In this document: positions 1 through 12,145 of the stretch, piece by piece
How positions within the stretch are numbered: the stretch's first letter is position 1
How the letters are laid out: each line of letters begins with the position of its first letter
NCBI RefSeq assembly: GCF_006345805.1
Contig: NC_042999.1
Coordinates: forward strand, 70,990,001-71,054,000
DNA from: Octopus sinensis
Taxonomy: Eukaryota
DNA: 64,000 nucleotides
Reading direction: 5' to 3'
Position numbers and translations under genes: made by a program
Notes under the pieces: model-generated
The model's input: only the letters and a program-made list of their open reading frames with translations
Told to the model about the DNA's origin: nothing
Databases searched by the model: none

Positions 1-2136
1 CTGCTCATAGCACTTCTCCTGCATCTGTCTTGCTGTGAAAATCATATCCATTGTCCCTCTACCAGATCGGAAGCCACATTGAGATTCAGATAGGACATCA
101 TTTACGAGACACCCATTCAGACGGGTAAGAAGAATATTTGCCAGAACCTTGCCAGCAGCTGATAGCAGAGCAATACCTCTGTAGTTACCACACATTGTTC
201 TGGCTCCTTTTCCTTTATATAGAGGAAGAATAATTGCATCCTTCCAGTCTTTAGGGATTGCACCATCCCTCCAGACTGCACTAATAAGTTCATGAAGGGA
301 CTGTGTGATGCAATTACCACCAAATCGCAAAACCTCAGCACAAATTCCATCCTTCCAGGTGCCTACCAAGATTCAATTACTTATTGATGTCATTACTTCA
401 TGTATTGATGGCGAGGAGTCTAAGGAGTCAATGATAGGTCTTTGTTTCATAGTATCAATCACTGTTTCATCCACAACTCATGGATTAGGAGTTCAGAGAA
501 GTGTTCGATCCAGCGACCTGTGATTTCTGTTGATTTAGTAAACAGAGTGGAAGACTCCTTGGAAAGCAAAGGAGCTGATGTGGAGCTCTTAGGTCCAAAG
601 CTCGCTCATAAGATGGTAAAGCTTCTTGCTGTCATTTGCATCAGCAGCAGCCTGAACATCACGAGCAAGATCCCCCCACCAAGTGTTCTGCATCTTCCTG
701 AGAGATCGCTGCAGTAGTGATTTTACACTGTTATAGTGGGCAAGTGCTAGACTTCGCTGCACAGTAGACAGTTCTCTGTGCAGCAACACACTGTGGGCAT
801 GGCGCTTCATCACTAATAGTCGTTGAATTCCAGCATCATTCTCATCAAACCAGTCTCTGTGTCTGGCAGTAACATACCCCAGTGTTTCGGCTGCACATTG
901 AACAACCTGGTCTCGAAAATCTTCCCATGCTGCAGCAGTTTCAATGCTGGACAAGCGAGTCTGAAGCTCTTTCCTAACCACAACATCATATACCTTGTGG
1001 ACATTAAGACGGCGGGGAATGCTTACTGGTCCTCTTCTCTCTTTCACCCTAATCACCATTCGAAACTTTACTCGCGACCCATGCAAGGACTTGACATTAC
1101 AAATGTCATAAATGTCGCGCTTGCGAATGATGACGTAATCCAGCAAGTGCCAAACTTTGGACCTTGGATGCATCCATGTTGTTGTGTGATCATCTTTGTG
1201 CACAAAATGAGTACTTGCAATGTATAGTCCATGTTCTTCGCAAAGCTCCAACAGCATGAGACCATTGCTATTCATTTTCCCTACTCGAAAACGTCCTAGA
1301 GAGTTCCATGTTTGCCAGTCTGTTCCAACTCTGGCATTAAAATCCCCCAGTAGAATGACTTTATCAGAATTGGGGATTTTTCTAAGTATGGCTCTCAGCT
1401 GGGTATAAAAGATTATTATTTTTCATCACAGCTAGTCAAAGTAGGTGCATAGGCACTTATTAGAGTAGCAAACGCTTACCTTTCAAGTGCAACCGTAGGG
1501 TCATTATACGTTCATTTATAGGAACAGGGAGCTCTTCTAACTCTTCAGGATATCAGATTGGATTGCAAAACCAACACCAGCCTCTCTGCGCTCCTCCTTC
1601 TGCCTTCCTTTCCCATAAAAGGTGTATCCGCCTCCTACTTCCTCAAGCTGACCATCACCTTCTATACGAGTCTCTGAGAGTGCAGCTATATCAATTTTAT
1701 AACGTTTCAGCTCACGAGCAACAAGTGCAGTGCGTCTTTCAGGCCTGCAATCATTCCTGTTGTCTAACAGAGTACGCATATTCCAACATGAAATGTTGAA
1801 GTTCCGTCCAGATTTTATAGATAAAAGACTCTTTGTTTATCGAGCGCAGGGTGAACATCGGTCAGTCGCGCTAAACTGACCAGATATGGGAAGACAGGCA
1901 ATTTTTGGTTCACCTTTTCTAGAACCTCCCCGGTCTCCAGGTGAGCAGTGCCCTCTCCAAATGGAGCTGCTCAGACACCCATGCAGCAACCGAATCCTAC
2001 CGCTGTCTTGGGCGACAAGGAGACGACTTTATATCTAGCATGGGCCGCCTACGTGCAGGTCGCTGACTACATGCTTCCAACCCGTCAGGTCTGGATGCTT
2101 CACCACCTTCCCATCGCCGCAGGACTTCCGAATTGA
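1..2136 (-). mobile_element. RTE-clade non-LTR retrotransposon, 5' part (5'UTR, APE endonuclease, start of RT); frameshifted, runs off window start
   Basis: Minus-strand ORF pieces: RRTALVARELKRYKIDIAALSETR (1537-1779), VILLGDFNARVG and TTTWMHPRSKVWHLLDYVIIRKRD (589-1400), ESQCGFRSGRGTMDMIFTARQMQEK (1-100). GC-rich leader to ~2136. Confidence 0.9.
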
Positions 2137-2199
2137 AAAAAAATACTAAAAATGAAGAAAATATATACTAAAAATAAGATAGATATATATATATAAAAA

Positions 2200-2725
2200 A
2201 AGAGGTCGGCAATGCCTGTGCAGAGTTTTAGGTCCAATAAGGCTTGCACAACACCTCACAGATCCTCTCCACTCTATTGACATTATCCAGAGACAAGTCG
2301 GAGCAAGATGTCTGGTACCAATATGAGTCGCAGGCTCAGGGATGTGGGAGCGCCGTGATCTCTAGCACAAACCAAAGATCCCCAAAATGTTCAATGCCAT
2401 TCCCTGCATAGCTGGTTTTATATCAGAGTGACCTTCTCCTAGAGACGTGCTTTAACAAAAGCTGAGGGGCGCCTCACTCCCAGTGGTCTTTCAGCACGCC
2501 GGGCACCACCCCGGAATTTCTACGTACCCGTGCTAACTTTTATTGGATGGCCGTTGACTCTCAAGAGGTCCTCCGCCCTTTGACGGTTTGTTTTTCATTT
2601 CATCCGCAGGGTGTCCAATAAACACCCTCCTCACCAAGCAAGCTTGGTGGGGTTGCCGGTTTAGTCGCCGACGACCCGACCATGCAAAAGGTTGTACTGG
2701 GTTACATGTTACCAGTAGTACTCGA
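2200..2725 (-). mobile_element. GC-rich non-coding segment, probably LINE (RTE-type) 5'UTR-like sequence
   Basis: GC-rich island directly upstream of the RTE leader with no meaningful ORF; family assignment is inference. Confidence 0.3.
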
Positions 2726-2737
2726 AGGTGACCTGAC

Positions 2738-2859
2738 ATATGCATACATACATACATACTTACATACATACATACATACATACTACATAATATATAATAA
2801 TATATATATATATATATATATAATATATATATTATATATATAATATATATATATTATAC

Positions 2860-2913
<54 letters not shown>

Positions 2914-2992
2914 ATATATATATCTATATATAATATAATATATACATATATATATATATATAATTTATAATATATATATATACACACACACA
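2738..2992. repeat. (CATA)n/(TA)n compound microsatellite
   Basis: Directly visible. Confidence 0.95.
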
Positions 2993-3054
2993 TAATTATC
3001 CAAGCGATAATTATCCGGAGTAGTTTTTCCTATGACCAGTACTGGTATAATTCT

Positions 3055-4170
3055 ACTCGCTAAAAGGAGGGTTAGGCATGCCGTGCTTGATGATGCGCAG
3101 ACACGCGCTGAAACTGTGACATCTCGGCCCTACGTAGACGACGGTGAGCAGGTGTGGTCGCCGTTTGTGAAGCACCCTTTTTCCGCAGCTCGTCTCCATG
3201 ACTTGAGCGACTGCATCACCACGAAGCATTCTATAGGGGATTAGTGGAGGGGAGGTATGATGACGATCTCGGGGCGAACTTGGCGTCGACGAGGAATACC
3301 TGACCCGCATGTTCAAGACAACTTTCGGGCCGGGACCTATGACAACTTCTAGAGATCCCTGGCCTGGCAGTGCTATCGAAAAGCGCTACCCGTTCGGGAT
3401 AAGCACTACGAGCATGGCTCGAGAAACAACCGGCGGACCTGCCCGAGATGCGGTCAGAGCGACGAAACCGTTCTGCACGCGCTCATGCAGTGTCCAACTA
3501 TTTCCGACCTGTGGGCTTATGTCGAAAGACTCATTTCTTTATTGCTCACAAGGGATTGAACAAAGAGGGACAAACAAGGTCAGACAAATTATGTCGAAAG
3601 ACTGCTATCGCGTGTGGGATGAGTAGATTTATCTGCCAAATCTATCGTAAATATTGTCGCGTCTCATTTCTTCAAACGGGAAGTAAGAGCCATTTTTATC
3701 GTACTTGTTGCTATGGCGAAAGAATGTGTATGGTGGATGCGTCTGAAAGGCTTAGAAACAAACAATTTCGTCTCTGGTCAATCTTTCATCAACTTCTTCA
3801 AGTATCACTTGAATAGGAAGGGGAGGGTAGAGTGGGAAGTATTGTCTGGCGAATGTTTCAAGAAAAGATGGGTGAATGTAGCAAGGATGGCACGTGCAAA
3901 TGACGGAACTACCTTGAGCATAAACCTATGAACAAAAAAAAAAAAGAAACGAAAAAAGACAGTAACTTACTGTTATGTGTTTTTGCATGACATAATTGCC
4001 CGAGGTTACCGTGGTCTTTTCCGTAGGCTTTTCTATCCACGAACAAACCTGATCTGTTTCTTACATTTATGATATTTTCTGTGATACACAATCCCTTTTG
4101 GTCGGCATTTTTTTTTCATGATCCTTTTTGATCGGAATTTTATTTTTCTCTCTTTTTTCTTCTTTTTTTT
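3055..4170 (+). mobile_element. Tx1/L1-clade LINE, 5'-truncated 3' fragment (RT C-terminus, zf-RVT, 3'UTR)
   Basis: KGGLGMP motif near 3060; SLAWQCYRKALPVRDK...TCPRCGQSDETVLHALMQC zinc knuckle ~3355-3495; C-terminus ...KKRWVNVARMARANDGTTLSINL* ends 3931, followed by an A-rich then T-rich tail. Confidence 0.8.
3532..3588 (-). mobile_element. 57-bp 3' fragment of SINE family A inserted in the Tx1 element
   Basis: Reverse complement matches the SINE tail at ~5812-5870; flanked by 15-bp direct repeat TTATGTCGAAAGACT (3517-3531, 3589-3603). Confidence 0.85.
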
Positions 4171-4552
4171 GCCTGTCGGTCTGTCTGTCTGTCTGGCTAC
4201 GCACAAATAATGTAGCACCATCATTTAAAGTTGTACTCTCTGCCTGCAACATCTAATGATGTCGATATCGAGATATGTTGATTCGTATTTAATAGAGCAC
4301 TTCCAATTAGTGTATAAAACCCAGAGGAATTATGATCCGGCTGTCTACAGTTTTTATTATTTATAATAGTAAAACCAATACTGTTTTGTTAGTGTTTCTT
4401 CACTGATAAATATTTACATAATTACCATAAGATGTAATATACGAAAGTATGTAGTTCTAGCTCAACTCAAATATACTGCCCGTATAGAAATATTTGGTAT
4501 TTGTCGCTTCTTAAGAACATGCTCGTCTATGAGAAATATTATCTCTTGTTCT

Positions 4553-4880
4553 AGGACAACTGCTCCCAGACAATAGCACTAATAGAGCTGCTGTTCTCAG
4601 GTGATTAATGCATTGGACAATTTCTACAATTAAGTAAACAATCAAGGAGTGTCTTTGTGGTATGAAGTTTACTTTCCAATCACATGGTTCTCGGTTCCGT
4701 CTCCGGCACTTTGGGCAGATGTTTCCTACTATGGTTCCAGGCCTACAAAAATAGGATTTGATAGACGGAAACCGAAAGAAGCTCGTCGTAAAACTACCTC
4801 CCTCCGTCCCTCCCCCTCACCCCTCCCTCCCTCCCTACCTACCTACCTACCTACTTATTTATCCTGGGAGCAGTTGTCCT
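4553..4880. mobile_element. Possible MITE remnant with 17-bp inverted termini
   Basis: AGGACAACTGCTCCCAG (4553-4569) is the exact reverse complement of 4864-4880; no TSD seen. Confidence 0.35.
4645..4790 (+). mobile_element. SINE family B head (tRNA-derived, CORE-like)
   Basis: GTGGTATGAAG...CACATGGTTCTCGGTTC...GGCACTTTGGGCAGATGT...GACGGAAACCGAAAGAAGCTCGTCG; homologous to minus-strand copies at ~19145-19238 and ~47895-48070. Confidence 0.7.
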
Positions 4881-5339
4881 GATACTTCACCTACGTGGAT
4901 TTTAACATATATTTTAACCAAAGAAGCAAAGCTTTTGAGTTTAAGCTCTTGCAATATAGGTTTTTCTAACAACGACTACGTGGATTGGTAATTTGCTTCA
5001 TAATATATTTTGTTCAACTATACAGAAACTCAAATGTGAGTCGGAGGCTTTGTAAATAAGTTTAGAAAGATATTCATAGATAATTTTGGAAGTTTATGGA
5101 ATTCAAGTTGTTGAATTTAAGCAGTCGCTGTAGCATTATTCTATAATATTCTCTACTCTGCACATGCTCGATATAATACAGGTATTTTGATTTGCATCTC
5201 GAGCGATAATTTATTCAGTGTTATACTTTGTATATGTTGCCTCTTCTGCTTTTAATTATTTTAATTCTTCCCCTGAGGAAGGAGCTAGTTTCTAACAAAG
5301 ATGCAAAGCTCCGTTGTTGAAATGTAGATAACAAAAACG

Positions 5340-5618
5340 AATTCACAAGTCTTGCATACTTTTGCTTTTTCACTTACAGATTGTATTTGTAATGTGCGAA
5401 TTAGTTGTTTGAATTCTTTTTGTGAAAACCTTAGCTTATTCAGATTACTACTTAGGCATTTACTCACAAAATCAAGTGAACCAATTATTATTGATATACT
5501 TGTGGATTTATAATCTTGATAGAAAAACTGAGGTTTCAAAACAGTTGTCAGCAGTTATCCCCATTCCCATTGCTTTTCGAAGAGATATTCGTCTCAGGAG
5601 GGCAGCTGACCTGATGAC
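5340..5618 (-). mobile_element. RLE-type (R2/R4-like) LINE, decayed C-terminal fragment
   Basis: Minus strand gives VSCPPETNISSK and YQDYKSTSISIIIGSLDFVSKCLSSNLNKLRFSQKEFKQLIRTLQIQSVSEKAKVCKT, aligning with YPDYKFMFILVIIG...LQIQSITGTIKICKT encoded at ~30750-30930. Confidence 0.7.
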
Positions 5619-5637
5619 GGTATGTACTTTTTCTTGT

Positions 5638-5870
5638 AAGGCGGCGAGCTAGCAGAAACGTTAGCATGCCGGGCCAAATGCTTAGCAGTATTTCGTCTGC
5701 CGCTACGTTCTGAGTTCAAATTCCGCCGAGGTCGACTTTGCTTTTCATCCTTTCGGGGTCGATTAAATCAGTACCAGTTACGCACTGGGGTCGATATAAT
5801 CGACTTAATCCGTTTGTCTGTCCTTGTTTGTCCTCTTTGTGTTTAGCCCCTTGTGGGCAGTAAAGAAATA
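5638..5870 (+). mobile_element. SINE family A, full-length, tRNA-derived
   Basis: A-box-like TAGCAGAAACG, B-box GAGTTCAAATTCC, central GCTTTTCATCCTTTCGGGGTCGAT; 19-bp TSD GGTATGTACTTTTTCTTGT (5619-5637, 5871-5889). Confidence 0.9.
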
Positions 5871-6093
5871 GGTATGTACTTTTTCTTGTGTGTCCCAAAC
5901 AATTATATCCGGCCTGTCATTACGTTTGACAGGAACTTTGGTGGGAATGTTCCACCAATATTCCTTGTGTTGAGGTTTGTGTATGTATTTAATAGTAGGT
6001 GGATGATCTATATTTTTTCTAAGGCATTTTTTTTTTCGGAAATCCCACGTGCGTTGTCATCATCAGAAATATGACATAATCTACATTTTTCGG

Positions 6094-6200
6094 TTGTATG
6101 TATGTATGTATGTATGTAGTATGTATGTATGCATGTATGTATGTATGTATGTATGTATGTATGTATGTATGTATGTATGTATGTATGTATGTATGTATGT
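6094..6200. repeat. (ATGT)n microsatellite
   Basis: Directly visible. Confidence 0.95.
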
Positions 6201-6224
6201 TTAGTTTGGACATGTTGTAATGTT

Positions 6225-7075
6225 CCGGCCTGCACTAGGAAATCCATATGTGGAACCAGCTATCTTGGTCGAAGGAACAATACCGGAAGTGGTAGACAAG
6301 TTTGTCTACCTGGGTAGCACACTCAGCCGTTCATGCTCCTTGGATGATGAAATATCTTTCAGGCTGCAGAGAGCAACTGATTCCTTCCGGTCTCTTCAGT
6401 CTCGTGTCTGGTCTCATCATGGCATCACAAGACAAACAAAAAATTGTGTACTGTGCATGTGTACTAACATCACTCCTTTACTCATGTGAGACATAGATGC
6501 TTTACAAACGTCATGTAAGGGTCCTTGAACACTTTTATCAGAGATGTCTGAGACATATTTTGAATTTTTGCTGGACTTTAAAAACTAGACACACAGGTCT
6601 TGAGGAAAGCTGATATCTTGAGGCAATGGTATACAAGTACCGGTTACCTTGGAATGGGCACCTTATTAGAATGAAGGATAGCAGGATGCCTGAGCAGATG
6701 CTATATGGGGAACTTATTAGTGGAAAGAGACCCCGGCAGAAACCAAGGCTGCGATTTAAGGACTCATTAAAAGCCTGCGATATGCAGGAGACTGATTGGG
6801 CGAGCAATGCCCGTCACAGATGGAGGAAGCAGGTTACGAAGCAGGGAGGGATCGTCACCTTTGAATCTTCATGAAGAATTTAAGCCTATTCCGCATGAAG
6901 AATTTAAGTGTGCACTTCGAAAGCGCACTGCTGGTGTAATGAATGGGGAAAGCTTAGTTTGCAATATATGCTTGTCAAGAGCAGGGCTCATTAGCCATCA
7001 ACGGAGCTGCAAATACAAAATATAAATTAGTCCTAGAGCGCACAATGTTCCTAAAGGTCAGCAATGGTCTTCCTC
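6225..7075 (+). mobile_element. RTE-clade LINE, 5'-truncated 3' fragment, degraded
   Basis: VVDKFVYLGSTLSRSCSLDDEISFRLQRA; VLTSLLYSCET; WNGHLIRMKDSRMPEQMLYGELISGKRPRQKPRLRFKD; terminal CNICLSRAGLISHQRSC. Confidence 0.9.
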
Positions 7076-7709
7076 GGTCATGTATATATATGTGTATATT
7101 TGTATGTATGCACACATATATGTATGTATGCATGCATGCATGTTTGTATGTATGTATCTACCCATCACTCTATCTAAGCCATCTATATACATAGGTATTA
7201 CTAAAATAACATTGTGTGTCTTTTCATCTTCAATGTTACCTTTAACAATCACTTCTGACATCATTTGGGAAAGAAGTGTGTGCGTGTGCTGAGTGTCCGC
7301 GTGTGTGCGCGCATGTTATTAAGAGAGGTTTGTCTTTTCGTAGAAATTATATAACAAATACTTTCGTGTATTTTTCTTCCCTAAATTCATACACAGTATA
7401 AGATATTCTATCACCTCTGAAAATTATTTATTCTTCTTACACTTCGTTATTCTTCTCTCTTGAAGATATTTGATTTTTGGCGAGGAGTATTTTTTGCCTT
7501 CCAAAAAGAGAAAAAAAAAGAAAGAAACTGTTTTATTACACCCAATCCCTGTCATGAGTCATGACAAAAAAGGAAGGCAATTGTATTATAACCGACAATA
7601 CACTGTTAACGGTATAATTAACTTTATCACATGCTGTAGTGCCTATTAAGAAAACTTTGTGTTTCTTGTATACGCATGCATATATATATATATCTATATA
7701 TATATATAA

Positions 7710-7767
<58 letters not shown>

Positions 7768-8139
7768 TAAAGGTACAGAAGGAATATTAGAAAGTAAAAA
7801 TATGGGATCAAAGATAAAGACAAGGACTAAAAGCAAAAAACAGTGACTGAGGAATGAAAGGGGAAGATGAAAAAAACTAAATAAAAGAAAGAGCGGTAGT
7901 AACATGGATGAAAGTAAATGTTGCGCGCTAATGAAGGCATTCTTTAGTGAATACGCGAAGAGAAAACAATACCAGGAGTTTGCAATTTGTGGTGTTATTG
8001 AAGACATAACTATGCGAATTTATTAGAGACCAAGTACTGTAAATGAAAATGGTACAAGTTCTAAGAAATGCATATGGAAAAAAATATGTTCGGTTAGAGA
8101 GAAATGTGGATCATCTTTCTACCGCTCGTCATTGCTTTG

Positions 8140-8235
8140 TTGATAATGACAATGATGACAACGACAGCGACGAAGATGATGATGATGATGATGATGATGA
8201 TGACGACAACGACGAGGATGATGTTGATGATGATG
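8140..8235. repeat. (GAT)/(GAC) triplet repeat
   Basis: Directly visible. Confidence 0.9.
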
Positions 8236-8526
8236 AGAAATCGAAGCAAGTTGTGAAGATGGTTTTATATGTTGTATGAATGTGGCTGAACTTCAAAAAA
8301 AATTCTAAGTTTGAAGTTTGTATAAATAAAATAAAACAACTTCTTCTACCTCAAATTATTGGAATTATATTGTTTTATTGAATTTAATTCGAACCATCTA
8401 TGGATATCATACAAAAAGAAAAAAAAAAAATATTCGCAGCTGCAACCTAGCATTAGGCTTGAAAAAGGTATATATTATTACATTATCTATATGTTTCTTA
8501 GTACTTTTGTTATTTTTAAATATATA

Positions 8527-8590
<64 letters not shown>

Positions 8591-9295
8591 TTTCATATAC
8601 AGGTATACACAAATACATATATATGTATATATGTGTGTATGTATGCGCGTGTGTATATGTAGGTATATATATATGTGTGTGTGTGTACGTGTGTATGCAT
8701 GTATATACCTATTTATATATCGTAATCATTCATCGCAGAATGAATAAATAACCAAAACCGAAAAACAAAGCAAGACAAAACGAAATATAACAACAATAAC
8801 CCACCTTGTCGATAAATGAAATAACCAAAATCTCGTCCCCACCAACAAATCTACAAATTATTGTTTGAATGTTTACTGAAGTCTGACTAAGCATTTACAG
8901 TAATTCTGGAAACATTGGATAATATCTATAAGTATTTATATATTAGGGTTTGCAAGTTCGTATAACTTTATAACTTCATAATATATCGCTGACAATACTG
9001 CTGTTTTTTAAAGCCTACTATTCATGAGTTCCTTTGTATATGAATATCTGTATACATGTATGTATGTATATGTATATGCATATGTATTTATGCTATATAT
9101 GTGCATAAATATGTATGTATAAGTAGATACATATATATGTATACATACCTATATTTATATAAATATAAGCATGTGCATACTTACACACACACACACACAC
9201 GCACAGAATAAATTCAAATAACGAGTAAAATGAACGGACTACAAGAGGATGTGCATAAGAAATGCATTAGCTTGACACTCGGTGAAAGGAGAGAG

Positions 9296-9327
9296 TTTGA
9301 CGTTTCGAGCATAGCTCTTCATCGGAA
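9296..9327 (-). ncRNA. Minimal type I hammerhead-ribozyme-like motif (Penelope-type terminal repeat)
   Basis: Minus strand UU CCGAUGA A GAGC UAU GCUC GAA ACGU C AAA: U4C core variant, one extra A, 4-bp helix II, palindromic ACGU, GUC site; helix I only 2 bp. Confidence 0.5.
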
Positions 9328-9789
9328 TGACCTAAATTTATAGATACGTTACTAATTCTGGTAACAACTATTATCTTTTACGATAGATATTCTTCAATTC
9401 ATCGACGATGAAACTGGTAACTACTAATATCCGTTTTTAAGGATTTTCCTTAATTTTTTTTCTCAAAAGACAGATTGACTTATATGGAAATATTTGCTCA
9501 ATGGCTCTTGCATCATATGCAGAGCTATTCTAGAAACAGTTGTAAGAGACTTTACGCATTATTTTTTATCCCTCATTCACTCTACCAACTCTGCACTTAT
9601 GTTTGAATTATAAATTACACACTCTAAAGTGATACCACGCACACACGTATCCTACCCCATAAACATAAGCCACAGGATCCTACACCAGTCCCACCTGCAT
9701 ACCGTTTCACATTAAAGTCAAATCCAGATCCCTTTCAATTATCTCAGTTTGAATTTCAAACGAAAATAATCATCAGGACTTCCAGGAGA

Positions 9790-10420
9790 GGCAAGTTATA
9801 TATAATGAATCGCCATATCTGTCTTTTGTTGTGCTGTCCTGATACATTCACTCCAACCTAATTATTTACTTTACGTATATTTACAATTTAGCTTCCTTCT
9901 TCCTCTCTCTACATTAATTTTGTCTTCTATTAACGATCTCTGCAACCCATTTTTTTCCTAATTAAGTGTCCAGAATATTTTGGTTTTCTTTCTTTGCTGG
10001 CATCTAATAAAATAGTGTTTTGGTTATTTTTAGTACTTCATCATATTTTGTCATGGAAAACCTTCTGTATACTCAAATCTCAAAAGCTCCTAATCTATTT
10101 GATAATACTTTTGCTACTGTCCATGATTGAATCATACAAAATATTTCAATAATCTTCTTCGTCTGCGATTTGAATATTTCTCTAAGTTACTATGGCTGAC
10201 ATCTTCTCAAACGACTTTCCGGCTAGCTCAATCTTTCTTTTGATTTCCGTTTCGTATCTTCTGTTTTCTGATTGCATACATCCCCAGTATGTATCATTAA
10301 TGTTGGTTCAATGAACTTTCCCGCAACTGTAATGTTTGCTTTTTTGATAACAGTTGTCCCTTGTTGGCTACGAAGTTTTTGCTTTCTTTATATCAATTTC
10401 TATTGATAATAATAACATTT
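9790..10420 (-). mobile_element. Old RTE-type LINE 3' remnant
   Basis: Decayed reading RLGAFEI*VYRR...ERKPKYSGHLIRK, resembling the RTE RT C-terminus (LEAFEMWxYRR...YFGHIIR). Confidence 0.55.
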
Positions 10421-10537
10421 CTTTTGTCATTAACTGAAGTCAAAAGGTCATCTCTGCCGAAAGTTAATAAGATAGTATCGTATGCATAGTTAAAGTAGTT
10501 GATGTTCCTTTTTCTTTACCCTAATGCATTCATATAT

Positions 10538-10539
<2 letters not shown>

Positions 10540-10626
<87 letters not shown>

Positions 10627-10647
10627 TATATACATATACATACATAC

Positions 10648-10702
<55 letters not shown>

Positions 10703-10815
10703 TTATAAAATGAGATAGGGGTTGAAAAAGTAATGTTTGGGTATCATCTGATACTTGATGTTTTATTGTTTTAAGTATGTTTCTCCATTTTCTAATTTTG
10801 TACTATATATATATA

Positions 10816-10864
<49 letters not shown>

Positions 10865-10935
10865 CATACATACATGCATACATACATACACAAACACATG
10901 TATGTATGTGTGTGTGTGCGTGTTCGTGCGTGTGT
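10540..10935. repeat. (TA)n/(CATA)n/(TG)n microsatellite cluster
   Basis: Directly visible. Confidence 0.9.
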
Positions 10936-11096
10936 ATGTATATGTATAGATATACATGCGACTTTTCCTGCTTCAAAATCACTTTTGGCTGCAAAATGCA
11001 CTAAAATAATCTAGTCACTAAAACTTTCTTCATAAAAAAACCTCTACGTAACATACAAAAACCTCTACGAAAACCTTTATACAAAATCCTCTACGA

Positions 11097-11329
11097 AAGG
11101 CGGCGAGCTGGCAGGAACGTTAGCATGCCGGGCCAAATGCTTAGCGGTATTTTGTCTGCCGCTACGTTCTGAGTTCAAATTCCGCCGAGGTCGACTTTGC
11201 CTTTCATCCTTTCGGGGTCGATTAAATAAGTACCAGTTACGCACTGGGGTCGATATAATCAACTTAATCCGTTTGTCTATCCTTGTTTGTCCCCTCTATG
11301 TTTAGCCCCTTGTGGGCAATAAAAAAATA
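11097..11329 (+). mobile_element. SINE family A, full-length
   Basis: Near-identical to 5638-5870; flanked by AAAACCTCTACGTAACATA (11037-11055, 11330-11348). Confidence 0.9.
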
Positions 11330-12145
11330 AAAACCTCTACGTAACATATAGTCATCTCTACCCCCTCTCTTCCTTCTCTTTTTCTGTTATATATGTAAAA
11401 CTCACCTTGCTATCATAGCTTGCTCACAAGCTATCATAATATAATTTCAGGAAAACTATTATAAGAGAACATTTATTATGTGAAAATATATTTTGTAAGT
11501 TTACTTTCATATATAATAAATACATGAAAAAATCTATTTTCGCCTTACGCCAAAAGAAAGGAAGCTTCATTTATTTAAATAAACTAATATATATACTTCA
11601 TATACGTATAAAAACAACGCATATTCAAACCTCTCTCATTATTTCCCCCACCCCACATGAACTAAAAAAATATATCCACTGAATTTAAGAACTCGATTCT
11701 TAAAATGTTATTAAACTTTTATAGGCTATTGCTTCTTTGTAATAACAATAGCTGGTATGATACTGCCTTAAATTTAAAATGGGCTTAGACGAATATTAAG
11801 AGTAGAACATTAAAAACTGAAATGAATTGAAAGCCGCTAATACCATTGTTCCCTTAGGAATTGAGTTTCACGTCACATTCAACAAAATGAATTTTACAAG
11901 TACAAGTTATTATATGGTTAGAAACGTTTTAGCATGAGCCATGGAAATAGTTGGAGTATCAATGGAATTGTTTTTTTTTTCTATTCTTCGTAATACATAC
12001 ATACATACATATATGCATACATACATACATACATACATACATACACACATGCATACATACATACATACACACAAAACAAATATGCATGTATATCCGTTTA
12101 ATTTGTTTTGGGCAAAAGCCTCAGAACGCGCTCTTAAAAGCTTCT

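Noticed and set aside
5380-5618. Apparent + strand exon (polypyrimidine-CAG acceptor at 5379, GTATGT donor at 5620)
   Set aside because: All + frames stop between the two sites, and the minus strand aligns with the RLE LINE C-terminus seen at 30.7 kb.
5638-5720. tRNA gene (A/B boxes here and in other SINE heads)
   Set aside because: No cloverleaf or acceptor stem; the boxes are embedded in dispersed SINE copies.
7550-7566. 17-bp interrupted palindrome TGTCATGAGTCATGACA
   Set aside because: Isolated and short; compatible with chance or local slippage.
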